This document shows positions 48,830 through 64,000 of a stretch of 64,000 nt of DNA, in pieces; positions within the stretch are counted from its first letter, which is position 1, and the number at the start of each line of letters is the position of its first letter. Both the position numbers and the translations under genes were made by a program. Under the pieces are notes generated by a model. The model was not told the origin of the DNA. It worked only from the letters and a program-made list of their open reading frames with translations, and made no database searches. This stretch comes from the human T2T-CHM13v2.0 reference genome, Homo sapiens, in assembly GCF_009914755.1 (NCBI RefSeq), contig NC_060931.1; one strand, given 5' to 3'.

Positions 48830-51790
48830 TTCCACAAACATTTATTGACACTGTGGTAAGAACTGTGCTAAGATATGAGGATACAGAGATAAATGACAAC
48901 TCTTTCCTTTAAAGGTTCAAAATCTGGAAAGAATTCAGGCATGTAGGTACAATAAAGATTGCATACTATGTACAAAGACAGAGATGAGACAGTCTCATGA
49001 GAGCATATACTACAGGCTAGAGTAGGTGGACCAGCATTTGCTTTCTGGAAGAAGAGGCATCTGAGCTTGTTTCAGGGTCAATAGCTAGCTACTGAGGAAG
49101 GAAGGAAAGGATGTTCCATGTAAAGGCACCCAATGCAAAAGGATCGAGAGCACCTGGTCTTTCTGGGATATGCAAGTAATCAAGCATGGCTGAAGCAGTG
49201 TGGGTATAGTATTCAGGGAGAGATGGCAGTGATACAACAGTGAGATAAGTGAGGTTTGCAAACATGAAAATCCTTGTTCCCTAAGGGCAGTGAGGAAGGA
49301 CAGGGTCAGAGTTGTGTTTAGTGAGGCCACTTTGGCAGTGATATAGATAATGGAGGAGAGAATTGAGACGTGAAACTGGAGGCAGCAGCTCAATTTGGAA
49401 ACATAAAGAAATCCAGATGAGAAGAAAATCCAGATTCAATTATGTCAGGGTCGAGCTCATGCATACAAGATAAGGCAAGACCTGTCTCATGACATCCTCC
49501 CAGGGGAGATAGGAAGGCCTATTTGATATATGCAGAGTCATCAGGACACCAGGGCAGAGCTTTTTCCCTACAGGCAATGGTAGTGGGTTTGGAAAGGAAG
49601 AAGTAAAGAATTAAGGAGGTATTAGGAATCCAACTTACAAGGGATGTAAAGGACCTCTTCAAGGAGAACTACAAACCACTGCTCAATGAAATAAAAGAGG
49701 ACACAAACAAATGGAAGAACATGCCATGCTCATGGATAGGAAGAATCAATATCATGAAAATGGCCATACTACCCAAGGTAATTTATCGATTCAATGCCAT
49801 CCCCATCAAGCTACCAATGACTTTCTTCACAGAATTGGAAAAAAACTACTTTAAAGTTCATGTGGAAGCAAAAGAGAGCCCGCATTACCAAGACAATCCT
49901 AAGCAAAGAGAACAAAGCTGGAGGCATTATGCTACCTGACTTCAAACTATACTACAAGGCTACAGTAACCAAAACAGCATGGTACTGGTATCAAAACAGA
50001 GAGATAGACCAATGGAACAAAACAGAGGCCTCAGAAATAACACGACACATCCACAACTATCTGATCTTTGACAAACCTGACAAAAACAAGAAATGGGGAA
50101 AGGATTCCCTATTTAATAAATGGTGCTGGGAAAACTGGCTAGCCATATGGAGAAAGCTGAAACTGGATCCCTTCCTTACACACCTTATACAAAAATTAAT
50201 TCAAGATGGATTAAAGACTTAAACGTTAGACCTAAAACCATAAAAACCCTAGGAGAAAACCTAGGCAATACCATTCAGGACATAGGCATGGGCAAGGACT
50301 TCATGTCTAAAACACCAAAAGCAATGGCAATAAAAGTCAAAATAGACAAATGGGATCTAATTAAACTAAAGAGCTTCTGCACAGCAAAAGAAACTACCAT
50401 CAGTGTGAACAGGCAACCTACAGAATGGGAGAAAATTTTTGCAATCTACCCATCTGACAAAGGGCTAATATCCAGAATCTACACAGAACTTAAACAAATT
50501 TACAAGAAAAAAACAAACAACCCCATCAAAAAGTGGGCATAGGATATGAAGAGACATTTCTCAAAAGAAGACATTTATGCAGCCAACAGACACACGAAAA
50601 AATGCTCATCATCACTGGTCACCAGAGAAATGCAAATCAAAACCACAATGAGATACCATCTCACCCAGTTAGAATGGCGATCATTAAAATATCAGGAAAC
50701 AACAGATGCTGGAGAGGATGTGGAGAAATAGGAACGCTTTACACTGTTGGTGGGAGTGTAAACTAGTTCAACCATTGTGGAAGACAGTGTGGCGACTCCT
50801 CAAGGATCTAGAACTAGAAGTACCATTTGACTTAGTGATCCCATTAGTGGGTATATACTCAAAGGATTATAAACCATGCTACTATAAAGACACATGCACA
50901 TGTATGTTTATTGCGGCACTCTTCACAATAGCAAAAACTTGGAACCAACCCAAATGTCCATCAATTAAGAAAATGTGGCACATATACAACATGGAATACT
51001 ATGCAGCCATAAAAAAGGATGAGTTCACATCCTTTGCAGGGATGAAGCTGGAAACCATTATTCTGAGCAAACTACCACAAGGACAAAAAACCAAACACCA
51101 CATGTTCTCACTTATAGGTGGGAAGTGAACAATGAGAACACTTGGACCCAGGGTGGGGAACATCACACATGGGGGCCTGTCATGGGGTGGGAAGCAGGGG
51201 AGGGATAGCATTAGGAGAAATACCTAATGTAGATGATGAGTTAATGGGTGCAGCAAACCAACATGGCACATATATACCTATGTAATAAACCTGCATGTTC
51301 TGCACATGTACCCTAGAACTTAAAGTGTAATAAAAAAAAGAAACAATGTATGCTAAAGCAGAGGACTTAGTAAGTGCTCAAAATCACTATTAAATAATTG
51401 ACCAAGGATTTAAAAAAAGATTTGAGGAGGTATTAAACAATAGAATAAACAGGTTGGTGGCTAGATGGAGAAGTCAAAAATAATACCCAGGTTTCTGTCT
51501 GGAGCAACCGAGTAGATGATGAAATTTCATACAGATAGGTTATATGCTACAGAACAAGATCAGTTTACAGGTGAGGGGGCAAGGGATGGTAAGGTGATAG
51601 GACTTAGGGTTCATCATGTCTCCTTGAAGTGTAATCTTGGGAAATCCAAAGAGCAGTGACAGTAGGCCATTGGATATATGATGTAGAAGCTCCTTAAAGG
51701 GATCTGGCATGGAACTATAGGGAGTTCTGGGATGCAGGTAGTAGTTAAAGCCACAGATAAACTGAGATCAAATAAAGGAGTGAAGAAGAT
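48830..51790 (-). mobile_element. L2 remnant split by the L1PA insertion
   Basis: aaacatttattga...gtgctaagatatgaggatacagagataaat on the left; agtcaaaaataatacccaggtttctg...agtaggccattggatatatg continues right of the L1. Confidence 0.6.
49623..51339 (+). mobile_element. 5'-truncated L1PA (about PA5-PA7), antisense to IQUB, followed by a 3' transduction
   Basis: ORFs 49721..51128 are frameshifted ORF2p C-terminal pieces; 3' UTR; AATAAA 51329-51334 with A run. Confidence 0.95.
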
Positions 51791-52555
51791 GAGAGGAGGG
51801 CATTTAGAATATCAAAAATATGGTTTTTAAGAACAAATGTCCTCAAATAATAAGAACCATAGAAATAGAAGCACTACAGGCTAACATCTTAGAGAAATGC
51901 ACCCCTTTTCTTCGTAGCTGAATTGACTTTAAATTGTTTGGAAAGACTAGGTTTATAAAAGAAAATTGGTCACTATGGAAACAGACTATTCAATATCAAA
52001 CAGGCAGTTTGACCACAAAAGTGGTAATTACTTTAGTTTTTTTCCTTAATTATATGTTTTCATGGTTTTCAATAATCATATATTCTTTAGGTCAGAAATT
52101 TGAAGTCAGTTAATGATGTGGTGAGCCAAAGCAAAAATACTAGTCTATAGCTATTTCTCCCAGGTTGCTTACCATCAGAGCACCCCAGACCTAGATGTTT
52201 CCTGACTTTGATACTCTGCATTTTATCACAGTATACAACTTATCTAATTTATATAGCCAATCTAAATCTAAATGAACAGAGTCACAAGAAATGTGTCTCC
52301 ATCTTTTCCTTCATGGCCAATCCCCTTAATTAAGAATGTATGGATTTCATATTACCTAACAATTTTTACTCTAGGCTGCTATTAAAATCTAAAGCTATAC
52401 CAGAAAAAAATAAATCAAATTTTAAGAAATATGTCATCAAAATCCTAAACAAAATTCATGTAAGTTCTTGCAATCTAAGTCTCTTGTCTGGTACATTATT
52501 CTACATTTTTTAACTCAGAATACATTCATATTTAAATAGTAGTCACTTCACTAAC

Positions 52556-52731
52556 CTTATCCAAAAAAGCTTGTATTGCTGCTTCCTGATTTGCCATATA
52601 AGCAATGTATCTATGTCTCCCAATGGAAGCAATTATCTGAGTCTCTTTTTCCAGAAGTTCACACAGAGCAGCTTTCCTTTCAGCTCCAGTAAAAGATTGG
52701 TTAATACGTGTAAGTTCTTCTTGCCGCCAGA
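52556..52731 (-). CDS. IQUB: IQUB coding exon ([11 protein letters not shown]...IQAFLDK), most 5' exon in the window
   Basis: Acceptor ttcctctag|TC TGG, donor AAG|gttagt; 176 nt (2 nt + 58 codons), phase 1/0. Confidence 0.95.
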
Positions 52732-53025
52732 CTAGAGGAATAACACAATAGACTCTTGAGTTTTTAAAAATCCCATCTTGAATGATCACATCCTGATGAG
52801 GAGTATTTTATTTTTACATCAATTTAAACAAAAGTATACACAGATAGAATCATTTCTATTGTACACCTGATGCATGAAAAAAGTGACGAAATGGAAGCAG
52901 AGAGACTTAATAAAAGTAGAGCCAAAGAAACAGAAGCCAAAGGGAAACAGTACAGTTGATGTCAAATTATAACTCCAAGTGAGCATTCATACTGCCTAGC
53001 ATTGACAAAAATATGACTTGCACTT

Positions 53026-53458
53026 TGTGGCAGCCATGAGCGTGCACTGTTCACATCTCCCTTCAAGAGAGTACTTGTCACAACGGGTAAAGGTAATTGA
53101 CAGTTCCAACTACAGCATTTCAGATCTGCTGCCTTGTTGAAGCTGAGGTCACACTCTGCCTACAAAGCTCTCATCAATGACCAAGCACCATGTGGGAGTC
53201 AGAGCCTGACTATATGTGCCCAACAGTGGACATTTTTGTAGTCAATCATATCAGAGTCAATTGTTGGGCTGGCTTAGCCTTCCTTAGAGCTAAGACTTTC
53301 CATACCCCATCTTCTTTCCTTCCCTCTCTCAACTGATGAGGTGTCAAATCTCATCTCAAACTGAAGATTTCCTTTTCCTTCCTCTGCTCCCTCTCCCCTT
53401 TATCTTTCACTTCCAATTACATCCTGGTGTCTGCTTCCCCAAGGACCCAAATTGATAT
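53026..53458 (+). mobile_element. LTR16-like ERVL solo LTR
   Basis: tgtggcagccatgagcgtgcactgttcacatctcccttcaagaga...tggtgtctgcttccccaaggacccaaattgata. Confidence 0.7.
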
Positions 53459-54129
53459 AGTTTTATGTAGAATTGTTGATTTCAGTCATTTCCTTCATTC
53501 ACTTAGGTGCCATTTTCCATTTATTTACAAAACTCTAAATTATAGTCACAAATGTTATAAAGTAATTGCATTTACTGTTTATTCAAACTAATGCATTATG
53601 TTATAATAATATTTATGATATTTTAAAGCCCTGGTTACTATCAATAAAAAATGTGCTGCACAAACTTAAATAAATCAAAATTTCCAAGCTCAGATAGATA
53701 CATGCATTTTACCAAGTTTTCCATTTAATTTTTACATATACTAAATTTGGAAAAGAAAACTCTTTTGTATCCCACATTTCAAAAATGTCAACCTTATTTA
53801 CATTAACAAAAGAATAGGGTTGGAAATAACTTGAGAAATTAAATTGTTCAACCCCACCTTTAAGAAAGTATCCTTCTCTTAGCAGCTTGAACAGGTTTAA
53901 TTTGCCCGCCCTGGTTCTAATACTAGCCTGTGAGGCAACACGGCGTCAGTTTGTTTCTTGTGCCACATGGTATTCCTTTAGGTATGTGAAGGGAGCCATC
54001 ACCCCCCACTTATGTTTTATCTTCTCAAGACATAAATATTTCTATTTCTTCAATTGTGCATCATTTGACTCATTTTCTGTCCATGTAAGTCAAGCTCCTC
54101 TGATTTATCATAGTACCTCTTAAGATATG

Positions 54130-55400
54130 GCATACCAAATTTCTGTCAAGATAGAAGCTTCTATACAAACTGCTACCTCCCCTCTCCTATGTCACTGCTA
54201 AAACGATAAAAGAAATATGAAAGACGGGAGAAATGAGAGAGACCTGAATCAGTACTAAAAATCTGAAAGGAGTTTATCCCTATGTAAGAAACCCTGGGGA
54301 ATTTCTAAAAGATATAGTGCAGATACTACCAAATAAATGAAAGACTGTCAAAAAGGCACACAAATGTTAACCAAACTTCTGCTTCTCATCTCAGAAAGTG
54401 AACATCATAGCAGAAGATGGGAAACCCCAACTTAAGCAACTTGGAACTAGAGAAAAGGGTAGCCTATCAAGCTATTTGATAGTTTACCATGCTTTAAGAA
54501 AGTCTTTGAAAAACTTTCAGAAGAATGCCTAACATTTCAAATCACTGCAGAAGATAGTAACAACTATGAGTTTATGCAAAAAAAGAAAAAATATTTTAAA
54601 TAGTGCAGAAAGCAAGATGAGAAAAGCAAAACAAAGCGTAACAGTTATGTTTAAAATATGAAATGATTATACAGATATTTTTCTGTTGAAAATAAGATAA
54701 TTTTGTAGAATTCTAGTGACATGATGTTTTCAGATGGCACACTTGAAAAAAAGTGACACGAAAGGTGAAATTTAAACGGTTAGCAGATATGAACAAAAAA
54801 GAAAGCAGAAATAGCAATATTAAAACATAAAACTGGGGGGGAGAACCTCAAAACTGAGGTCTTTTAGGTACAAGGTGATTTTATGATGAAAGGTCTGACT
54901 GTCATGAATGTTTATACAGGAAATCATATACCATCAAATATGTTTTTAAAAAATTCTATCAATTATAAACACAATGTTGGAGAGTATGTTTTATATTATT
55001 TAAAAAATAGATAAAATAAAAATGCATTAATCTAAGACAGAGCCAAGTAAAAAAAATTAAAAGCATATTTGAACAATGATTTTTTAAAAATTAAATTGTC
55101 ATACATCAAGCTCCGAACACCAAAAGCTGAAAATGTAACCTCATTTTCCAAGTTCAATAAACCATTTATATAGACATATCATATTGTAATAGAAACCAGA
55201 AATGTTACAAACTACATTTTTACCACAGAACAATTAAACTAGAACTAATAACAAAAGTTTATATAGAAATATTCCAATTGCTTGTTAATTGAAGAAATAT
55301 CATCAAAAATAAGAATTTAATCAAAGAAAAGTAAAAAGTATAACAATATTAAGAAAAAAACACTACATGTGAAAATGCGTAGGATGCAACCAAAATTTCA
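54130..55400 (+). mobile_element. Very old L1M ORF1/ORF2 fragments
   Basis: A-rich with ORF2 remnants (aagaaagcagaaatagcaatatt; caattaaactagaactaataacaaaa; aaaatgcgtaggatgcaaccaaa). Confidence 0.55.
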
Positions 55401-57856
55401 GCAAGGGAAACTTGGGGAAATTTGGCATAAATAATCCTCAAATGTCAGTCATGTACCTGTCAAAAGTAGGAGGGATTTATAAAAAACTGTAATGTTTGTA
55501 ATAATCAACCACAAGTCTTCTCTGAAAGAGCATGTCTTCTGGGTACTTTGCCCATTCTTCATGACTAAAGATTACTGAGAACAGTTTTGGTCATTACTCT
55601 CATACCTTGGAATATACATCTGGACTGGCAACCCAAACTCACTTAAGCCATGTTTGTGCTATGCTCTCCACAGACATGAAAGCAAAACAGGTTGAAACTG
55701 CAGCCCACTGCTCATTATTCTGAACAAATATTCCCAAAGTCACTTTACTCATCAGCATGTATCATAAGTTTCAGTTCATTCCAGGTTTTTTTGGATTTTC
55801 TGAACTATTCCTAAAAATACTTAGTGCCACATTTTATAGTTCTCCTTATTTATTGTGCCTCTCACATGTGGTTTTCAATTCGCAGAATAAATTCTGTCCT
55901 TGCACTTCCACAAGCAGGATGCTCGTGGATTCCTCCCCATAGACAGTAGGCTTCTCTTCCATCCACAGAGGTTTACATAGCTTTAGCTTTATTCAACATA
56001 CTCTCCCACTTCTCACAAACCATGTCATCCTTTCATTACACACAGTCCTTTTCAGTGTGGACTTATCAGCTGGTTTACCACTGGAGGGCTACATTTACTT
56101 AATAAACCATCTAAATCTTTCAGATGGAGATTATTATTAGATTATGAGAATAATGAAGCTTTACAGTCTCATGAACTACATCCTGGCCATAGAATCAAAC
56201 CAATTTTTTCTCTGAATTCTAAGAAGCGTATTTCTCTGATATGGTTATTATAATTGCCCAAACCCTATCACTTCATTCCCAATTCAAAACACTCAATAAT
56301 TTTTGAGCAATTATTATGTGAAAGGACACTGGTTCTATGGTTCATAAAAAAGCAAGAATAACATAATTCCTTCTTAGAGGAACTAATATGTTTCCCTGCC
56401 TCTCCTTGGCTGGACATACTATAAAATCCTTCCACAGGAACAGAATTGCTACTTCTCTTTTCATTTATCTTCACCTAAAAGCCCAACATTTTCACTATTA
56501 GGTTTAAAGACTTCCTTTGAGCAGATCTATTCTTGGCAGATTACTTACCCTTGGTCTTCCATTATATACAATTCAATCAAGTAAAATATACTCTTGCATT
56601 GTTATATTCCAGACATGATTACTTTCTCACTAAGTTTTAGGACTAATTCATATAATTGGAAACTATATTTGCCTTCTTCTAATAAAAATTTCAGGTTTAC
56701 TTTAAAATCAGTCTCTATGCATTAGAAGATAAATATCTGAGGCCACAAGTATTGTATCTGGCCACTGCCTTTCATAATATCTAGTTTTATAGTTTTATCA
56801 GAGTATTTCTTTCTCTTCTCAAATTTCAATTTCAATTTGAATTCATCTTGGTCAGGTCTAACACTTGCCAGTCATGTTCTTTAAAAGAATCCGCTCTGTC
56901 CTTTATCAGGAATACATCATTCAGAAACTGTACAGCATGGTCTGTCCAGCAAGAAGATTTATAAATTTAAAAGCTAAATTATGTTTAGCAAAAAGATTGT
57001 AAATTTAAGAGCTAAATTATGTTATGAAAGTCTAAAAAATCTATGATTGATGAGTTTGTTATTTAAGAGCTGATAACTTTACCAACCAAAAGAACTTTAA
57101 GAACTATGATAAAATCTATATACCAAAAAGCAGTTTATGAATGAAGAGAAAAATTGCTGGCTTGCAGAAATAACTGAGACAATTTATCCGATACGATCAT
57201 ATCAGATAGTCTGATAACTGAGACTATTTATCTGATACAATTATATCAGATTATATGGATGTACTGCAAAAGTGAATAAAAATGGAATGATATTAGCAAT
57301 CCTATTTTATTTCCCAGTTTTACAATAGAAACCTTTAGAATCAATAATAAATTTGGGTAGAGCACTAAGTTATTATTTTAGCTATTCTCAAAAAAAATCA
57401 AAGAATAATATACTACTTTTCTAGATAAATATTTAAGTCTTGGATGAATCTGGAGATACATAAGTGTGTATTCAAGTACACATACTCATATCCATTCAGA
57501 TTCTCCATTTTCGTTAGATTGTCAGTAGGGCTTTTAAAAAGGAAACAACCCAACCAAGCTGACGAGAAATGAAAATAAAAGACCTTAATTCCAGTAAAAT
57601 TCTCTATTAGATGAATAACTTCCCTGTAAATCTATAGTAAGGGATGACATATGTCAGTAAAAAGCACTATTTCCCAACTAGTAACAAAGAATAGAAAAAC
57701 AGAAGACACAGGAGCAGCTAAACAAAACTGATTTTTATCTAATCTGATGGTTTCTAGAACTATACAGAAGAGACACTGGGTGAGGACAAGAGAGAGTCTG
57801 ACTCCTTTCCTAAAATACTTGTTCTCTAAAGGATGATAATTAAAAAATTGAGATGC

Positions 57857-58242
57857 TATATTACTTTACTAGGGCTTCCATAACAAAGTACCATTGGTTG
57901 GGTGGTTTAAACAACAGAACTTTATTTCGTCAAAATTCTGGAGGCTAAAGGTCCAAGACTAATATGTCAACAGGCTTGGTTTCTTCTGAGGGCTTCTCAG
58001 CTTGGCTTACAGTTGGTTATCTTCTGGTATCTTCATATGATTTTCCCTCTACATATGCCTGTGTCCTAATCTCCTCTTCTTATAAGTACACCAGTTATAT
58101 TGGATTAAGGCCAACCTGTATGACCTCATTTTTTCTTAATTATCTCTTTAAAAGCCCTCTCCAAGTACAGTCACATTCTGAGGTAATGAGGGTTAGGATT
58201 TCAACATATGGATTTGGGGGGAACATAAGTCAGCCCATTACA
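57857..58242 (-). mobile_element. MLT1A-like MaLR solo LTR
   Basis: ccataacaaagtacca...ttaaacaacagaa...ttctggaggct...cagtcacattctgaggta...cagcccattaca. Confidence 0.85.
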
Positions 58243-59711
58243 GATATCGATAACCACAAATATTTTTAAGCAAAAGATATTAAAGGAATTGGTTCATCTG
58301 AAAAAATTGATTCACTTTGTCTTCTCATCTTCCTAGACAGACCACCTGATTTCCAGGGTTTGAAGTTCAACCATAAAATGAAAGGAGAATAGGACTAGCA
58401 TCTAAAGCCCATATTCATTTTAAATTTCTGAAACCTGACCTTGTAATTTCCAAGCAAGAAATAGCAGAACATACAATATTTTGTCTACCATTGGCAGTTT
58501 TGATGCATCTGCATGTTAAAATTCTCATCACAGACTAGAAGTCTAACTGGAGAGAACCAAGCAAGATTCCAACTAAAAGCCTCTCTTGAACAGTTAAGAC
58601 AGTGGTGTGTACAGAGAAACGTAATCAAAAAGTAGAGACTCAAGCCCAATCTGTGCTGTCAAGAGAGGTTTCTGGAAGATCATTACTCCAATGCTGAGTC
58701 TGAGATAAGAGTCATTCAGGCAATGAAAGGTAGAAGGATATTCCAGATGACAAACACAGCATGAGTGATAAAGTCAGGGAGCCACACAAACAGCTGGAAG
58801 TCAGGACTCTTGAGAGATTCAGCTGGAGAGGTATAAGGAGTCCATCTCCTGGACATGATTGTGTAGGTGAAGAAACCACGAAAGGGTTTTACGTTAGACT
58901 GATATTTTTGATAAATCACTCTGGCCACAGTATGGACCACCAATTACTTGAAACTGGAAGAAAGGAAAAATTCAGATATAGACTAGCCGTGAACATACAG
59001 AAATATGTACCCAACAGTGATAATAATGCTTTCCAACACAGTGACATGCACTGAATCCCTGATCTGACAGGTTACTTTCAGAAAGACTTCTCAGCCAAAT
59101 AAAAAATCCTGCACACCCTTTGAAGCCTTCCCTAACAACTTCTCAATACCCTGGCACAGAAGTCATCTACCTAACTCTGCTGAGTGTTTAGCACTTTACT
59201 TATTTTTCTATTAAAGAAATTATCCCTTCTACCTTGTACAATGACCACTGTGAATGTGACTTAGCCTTGCTACCAAGTAGCTGGTTTGTAGCATAATTAA
59301 TTGGTACGTAGTAATTGTCCTTAGTAAATATTTATTAAATAGGGAAAATAATGATAAAGGTAACTTCAAGTCTAAAGAGATTCGGTAAAAATAAACATGA
59401 ATCCTTTTTATAATTAACACTATCATATTGAGTACTTAGGAAATATGAGACAGAATCTTGACTGTTTTACAGATTTCATTTAATTTGCCCTTTACTCTCC
59501 TAGGACTACACTATACTCTTGAGGAGGTAGAAAGTCAAGAATAATGAAGGCACATGCTCTATCAGGACTCCTGGGCTTTGGAGTAGTCCTTAGGATATTT
59601 CAAAGGACCTTAGTTGTGTGCAGGTAATAAGCTTATTCAGCCTGATAAGTGTTATTAGAACATTGGTAAATTGAGAAAAAGTTCTGCAGCATCACCTTGC
59701 CCAAGGATGAG

Positions 59712-60088
59712 TGATATGGTTTGGCTGTGTCCTCACCCAAATCTCATGCTGAATTGTAATCCCCAAAATTGGGGGAGGGACTTCATGGGAGGTGACTGGA
59801 TCATGAGGGTGAATTTCCCCCTTGCTATTCTCAAGACAGTGAGTGAGTTCTCATGAGATCTGGTTGTTTAAAAGTGTGTAGCACCTCCTTCTTCACTCTC
59901 TCTCTCTCTTTCACCATATGAAGATGGTGTTTGATTCCCCTTCACCTTCTGCCACGAAGTTTCCTGAGGCCTCCCCAGCCATGGTTCCTGTACAGCCTGT
60001 GGAACTATGAGTCAATTTAATCTCTTTTCTTTATAAATTACCCAGTATCAGATAGTTATTTATAGCAGTGTGAGAACTGGTTAAAACA
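59712..60088 (+). mobile_element. MSTA/THE1D-like MaLR solo LTR
   Basis: tgatatggtttggctgtgtcc...ataaattacccagt...aaaca with a perfect 5-bp TSD atgag (59707-59711 / 60089-60093). Confidence 0.9.
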
Positions 60089-60835
60089 ATGAGGAAAATA
60101 CTATATGGTCAATTTCAAAGACTCATGGCATAAGTCCTATTTTTGTATAACAGAGAACCCTGGTAAGAACTCACACTCCTTAGAATAGGACAATTGGAAC
60201 TCTGTGAAGTGATGTGCAGGTATTCATTTACAGCTAAACCCACCATTAATCAAGACATTATTAGAGTATGCCTGTGATGACATTCTGTCTTAAATCATAT
60301 GTAGTAACTAATAGTTCCTGTTCTTAATAGAGGATATTATCACACCAGAGAATTTTTCAAACCTAGCAAAAGTGTAAACTATGCTTGTGTTTAATCTTTT
60401 TTAAAACACAATTTCCATGTCCTCTATTCACCGATAGAGCAAGTAAAGTAAATCATTAAGAGCAGAAATGCCAATATGGCTACAACTTACAAACTTGCCG
60501 AACTTCAGTAGAATATTAGCTAACAAGGCACTTTTGGCTGTCACATGTATACACACTTCCATATGTGTATACTGCTTTCATAGTAAAAGCTCTCACTATA
60601 GAAGTTACCCATGAGTGAGAGTATTTTAATATTTTTGTCATATAGGATTCATCCACAGGCCTTTTTAGGTGATTTCCTTTCAGAGTAGTTTGAAATAAGT
60701 TAAAACCAATTACCAGCAGTAACTATATCATTAAACAGTAGAACATAAACTTTTATTAATAGTCTGAAAAAAATTTCTATTATTAAACACGTGGACAGCA
60801 TAACAAACAATTTTCTAAAAGAAAAGCTGAGCTCA

Positions 60836-61137
<302 letters not shown>

Positions 61138-61569
61138 TCACAAGAAAGTACAGTAAACCCCTACAGGTCAAATAGCAAAATCAGGAAGGTAGAATCCGTG
61201 GTGGGAGGTAGGTACTGACAGCTTCAAGAGCCCTGAGCACATTTGCTAGCAGCTGCTTCCAAAGGCAAAGGGCCTAAAGGCCATGGAAGAAGTGAACAGA
61301 TGAAAAGGTCTTGAAACTTAGAAACGTAAGAAAACGTGACTGAGTCCCTACTCCCATCTTCCACCCTACATACACACAGAATCAGGAAACTCAAAGAGTC
61401 TACCTTCAGTACACTCAAAAAATACCCACAGGCCAAGAAAGAGCAATCAGTATGAGGCCTGTTTGGGGAAAATTGCCTTACCCCAAGCCTTGCAAGAATT
61501 CCAAACAAATAAGAAAAATATTACAGCTCATATAAGTTTGCAATGCAATGTTTAAAAATACTGAAGAGA

Positions 61570-62170
61570 GTTCATATATCCACCAGAAAACATATATAAG
61601 AAATATTAATCACAATTTTATTCATAAAAGTCAAAAATGTTGAAGTAACATTTAGCAACTGGAAAATGAATAAATTGTGGTTATATTTATACAATGGAAT
61701 CCTATGTGGCAATTTAAAAGAACTAGTCCTATAAGCAACAAAATGGATGAATCTCAGATATAACCTTGAGGCAAAGAAGCCAGAAATAAAATATACTACA
61801 AAATGTATGAAATGAAGCTCAATAACAGGCACAATTTATATATGGTGATAGAAGTCAGACTAGTGGTTACCTTGCAGGAGTGGAAGTGGGATGCGGACCT
61901 ATGTATAACATGAGAAAACATTCTGGGGCATAAATATATCCTACCTTTTAGTAAGGGTAGTTGCTATATATATGTCTGCATATGTAAAAAGTCATAAAGC
62001 TGTACACTTAAGCCTTGGCATAAATCCTATTTTGATATAACAGAGAACCATGGTAAGAACTCATACTCCCTGGAATAGAATAATTGGAACTCTGTGAAGT
62101 GATGTGCAGGTTTTCCTTTACAGCTAAAGTCATTTACAATATGTAATATAGAGTAGGATATTACTCTCAT
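61570..62170 (+). mobile_element. Old L1M 3' end carrying a 113-bp insert
   Basis: aatgaataaattgtggttatatttatacaatggaat...ggtgatagaagtcagactagtggttacc...agctgtacacttaag. Confidence 0.75.
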
Positions 62171-62249
62171 ATTTTTTAAATATGAAGAAAGATACTACAT
62201 GAGTAAAAATCAGCAGGAATGTAGACTTCTCAAGAAATTCAGATAACAA

Positions 62250-64000
<1,751 letters not shown>

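Overview
Primate (most likely human) genomic DNA. The right-hand 40 kb holds the last six coding exons and 3' UTR of IQUB (IQ motif and ubiquitin-like domain containing, a ciliary/flagellar radial-spoke gene) on the minus strand. The exons splice in frame with GT-AG ends and stop at TAG 25505-25507; upstream exons lie beyond the window. The rest is mostly transposon-derived: a full-length dead L1PA2-like element, a twin-primed 5'-inverted L1, two truncated L1s, nine Alus, a U6 retrocopy, decayed ERVL proviruses, MaLR LTRs and old L1M/L2 fragments. I found no convincing new gene system. The best leads are: (1) the inverted L1 and the full-length L1 15 kb away share many non-consensus variants and a frameshift; (2) an intronic L1 carries a 72-nt 3' transduction; (3) a perfect 26-bp-arm hairpin in an IQUB intron; (4) two short locally templated duplications; (5) a possible degenerate HNH-like fold in the IQUB C-terminus. 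Repeat subfamily names come from recalled consensus sequences and need RepeatMasker/Dfam confirmation.
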